A stretch of DNA of 64,000 nucleotides from a virus (lineage: Duplodnaviria > Caudoviricetes): positions 32,001 to 96,000 of IMG/VR virus record IMGVR_UViG_3300033463_000032; one strand, 5' to 3'. How positions within the stretch are numbered: the first letter of the stretch is position 1; every line of letters starts with the position of its first letter. The position numbers and the translations under genes were made by a program. The notes beneath the pieces were generated by a model that saw only the letters and a program-made list of their open reading frames with translations, did not search any database and was not told where the DNA came from. Of the stretch, positions 62,500-64,000 are shown one piece after another.

Positions 62500-63499
62500 T
62501 AACTTGATCAAAGAGTGTACTTTTACAGGCGTAATACTTGAAGAACCGGATCTGCTTAAGTGCTATGATGATGACGGTAACATAAAGTTGCTGCCTATGG
62601 GTAAGGAAGCTATAGAGTTTCTATATGATCTTATGGGTGTTCCTTTCAGTATGTGTAAGAAATTACATGAAAATTCTCCTGAGTTGTGGGATAAGTTAAG
62701 ACAACAAGTTCTTTATGAAAACCATAATGTTAAAGGATTATCCAAATATCGTTACTGTGTAGTTGCAGATGAAGTGGTATTTGCTATTTTTGATGGTTCT
62801 ACAGAAGATATTTCAGTAAATTATGATGTGTTTGATAACACTTTTAGTGCTGCTACTGTTAATGTTAATAAAGCCGGTGTTATTCAGGTTATTAATGAAA
62901 AGATATCAGATACCGGGTGTGTATCACTAGTACTGGTTGATATTGATCCTATTAAGGGTAGATATGTGGCCTATGAAGGTATCAAAACAGATGATGATTG
63001 TTATGTTACGTTCAGTATGCCTATTATTGAATCCAAGAGTTTCTATGAGTTTATGACTACATTTGATCCGGTTGTAGAGGTATCTATGGCTGAGAAGTAT
63101 TATTCCAGAACTCTTGCTACTTTTACAGATGATTCATTAGTGGATAAGGAATTGTCTGTTAGAGAAGTTCTTGAAATCATTAAGAAGTCTAAGGTTAATG
63201 TGGTTCTTACATCTGATAAGAGAATTGCTTCCTTGGATCTGGCAGATAGTCAGGAACTGGTAGACTTTCTTAATTCCTTTGGAATGGAGTATAAATCTCT
63301 TAAAAAGTTGGAAAAGCTTAAAAAGGCTCTTACTTATAACAAGTTTTCTACGTTGCAGTTGTTGAAGATTTTATCCAAAAATTATAAACTGGGAACAAAT
63401 CTGATTGATTCAACAATGATAGCAACATTCTTGAAACCATATTTTGATCAGAGATCTGATAGGAACATCTTTGAAGAGTGTGTTAATGAAGAAAAATAA
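62492..63499 (+). CDS. hypothetical protein
   Basis: Long ORF; SD GGAGGT. Confidence 0.75.
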   Translation: MLNNLIKECTFTGVILEEPDLLKCYDDDGNIKLLPMGKEAIEFLYDLMGVPFSMCKKLHENSPELWDKLRQQVLYENHNVKGLSKYRYCVVADEVVFAIFDGSTEDISVNYDVFDNTFSAATVNVNKAGVIQVINEKISDTGCVSLVLVDIDPIKGRYVAYEGIKTDDDCYVTFSMPIIESKSFYEFMTTFDPVVEVSMAEKYYSRTLATFTDDSLVDKELSVREVLEIIKKSKVNVVLTSDKRIASLDLADSQELVDFLNSFGMEYKSLKKLEKLKKALTYNKFSTLQLLKILSKNYKLGTNLIDSTMIATFLKPYFDQRSDRNIFEECVNEEK

Positions 63500-63512
63500 G
63501 TGAGGACCTGGT

Positions 63513-64000
63513 ATGGAAACTTTTACTCCTAAAGAAGAATACTGGATAAACAAAATGCTTAAGAGTGAGGATTTTCTTACTGATGATATATCTAAAGCAG
63601 ATTATAAGTTTTATGATGGTTATCTGAATTACATTGATCTTCTTATTAAATACGGAAATCTTAGAATCCCGGAAGAAGAATATGTACCATCTAAGAAAGT
63701 CATTAAAGTAAACAGACTTATAAAGAAAGAAATCCTAGATGCCGGTAATTATGTTTATTCGATCTTTGGTGGAGTATATATAGTTCAACAGGTAGTATTT
63801 GTTAAAGCAGAACATTGTGAAGCATTACTCAATAAAAAAGTTAATGACAATCCTAATCTTAGTGAAGAAACCCTTTTGTTATCTTCTTTTAAGACTATGA
63901 GCTATGAGGATGGGTCCAAATGGTGTGTCTTTTTGGTTAAGTCTAATTTTACTAAGCAATGGATTGGTTATAGTTCAAAATTGTGGTCATATGCATATAT
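63513..64000 (+). CDS. hypothetical protein, 3'-truncated by window edge
   Basis: SD GAGGA, METFTPKEEYW... open to the end. Confidence 0.65.
   Translation, partial: METFTPKEEYWINKMLKSEDFLTDDISKADYKFYDGYLNYIDLLIKYGNLRIPEEEYVPSKKVIKVNRLIKKEILDAGNYVYSIFGGVYIVQQVVFVKAEHCEALLNKKVNDNPNLSEETLLLSSFKTMSYEDGSKWCVFLVKSNFTKQWIGYSSKLWSYAY

Noticed and set aside
1-64000. Genome-wide genetic code 15 (TAG=Gln)
   Set aside because: Long genes up to 1379 aa have no in-frame TAG; only three isolated cases were found, reported as possible read-through
1-64000. CRISPR array, DGR, group II intron, intein, integrase or transposase
   Set aside because: No regularly spaced direct repeats, reverse transcriptase, TR/VR pair, intein motifs or recombinase ORFs were seen

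Overview
AT-rich (roughly 30% GC) 64 kb segment of a large contractile-tailed (T4-superfamily-like, myovirus) phage, most likely infecting a Gram-positive (Firmicutes-type) host. The + strand from 1 to 45.8 kb is the virion module. It holds, in order: a cluster of small acidic genes that mostly begin with a shared M-I-T-x-L-x-E leader; a free-standing GIY-YIG endonuclease; a prohead protease-scaffold fusion; a gp23-like major capsid gene split by three group I introns (4 exons, 483 aa spliced), each carrying a homing endonuclease gene (HEG); and neck, sheath, tube, tape measure, baseplate and fibre genes. The - strand from 45.9 to 61.4 kb holds small early/accessory genes and a Rad50/Mre11 (gp46/gp47-like) pair. 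An AT-rich divergent region follows, then a sigma-factor-like gene. Best candidates for new biology: (1) a covarying three-way-junction RNA with a T-loop-like hairpin, upstream of all three intron HEGs, whose loop can form a 7-bp kissing interaction with a hairpin enclosing each HEG's ribosome-binding site; (2) a putative capsid-cargo system of protease-leadered internal proteins and polyproteins, including a nucleotidyltransferase and a protamine-like Arg-repeat protein; (3) three genes with a single in-frame TAG in a window where TAG is almost never a terminal stop; (4) a dispersed inverted-repeat element with a fixed 44-45 bp spacer. All calls come from reading the sequence by eye; no database searches were run.
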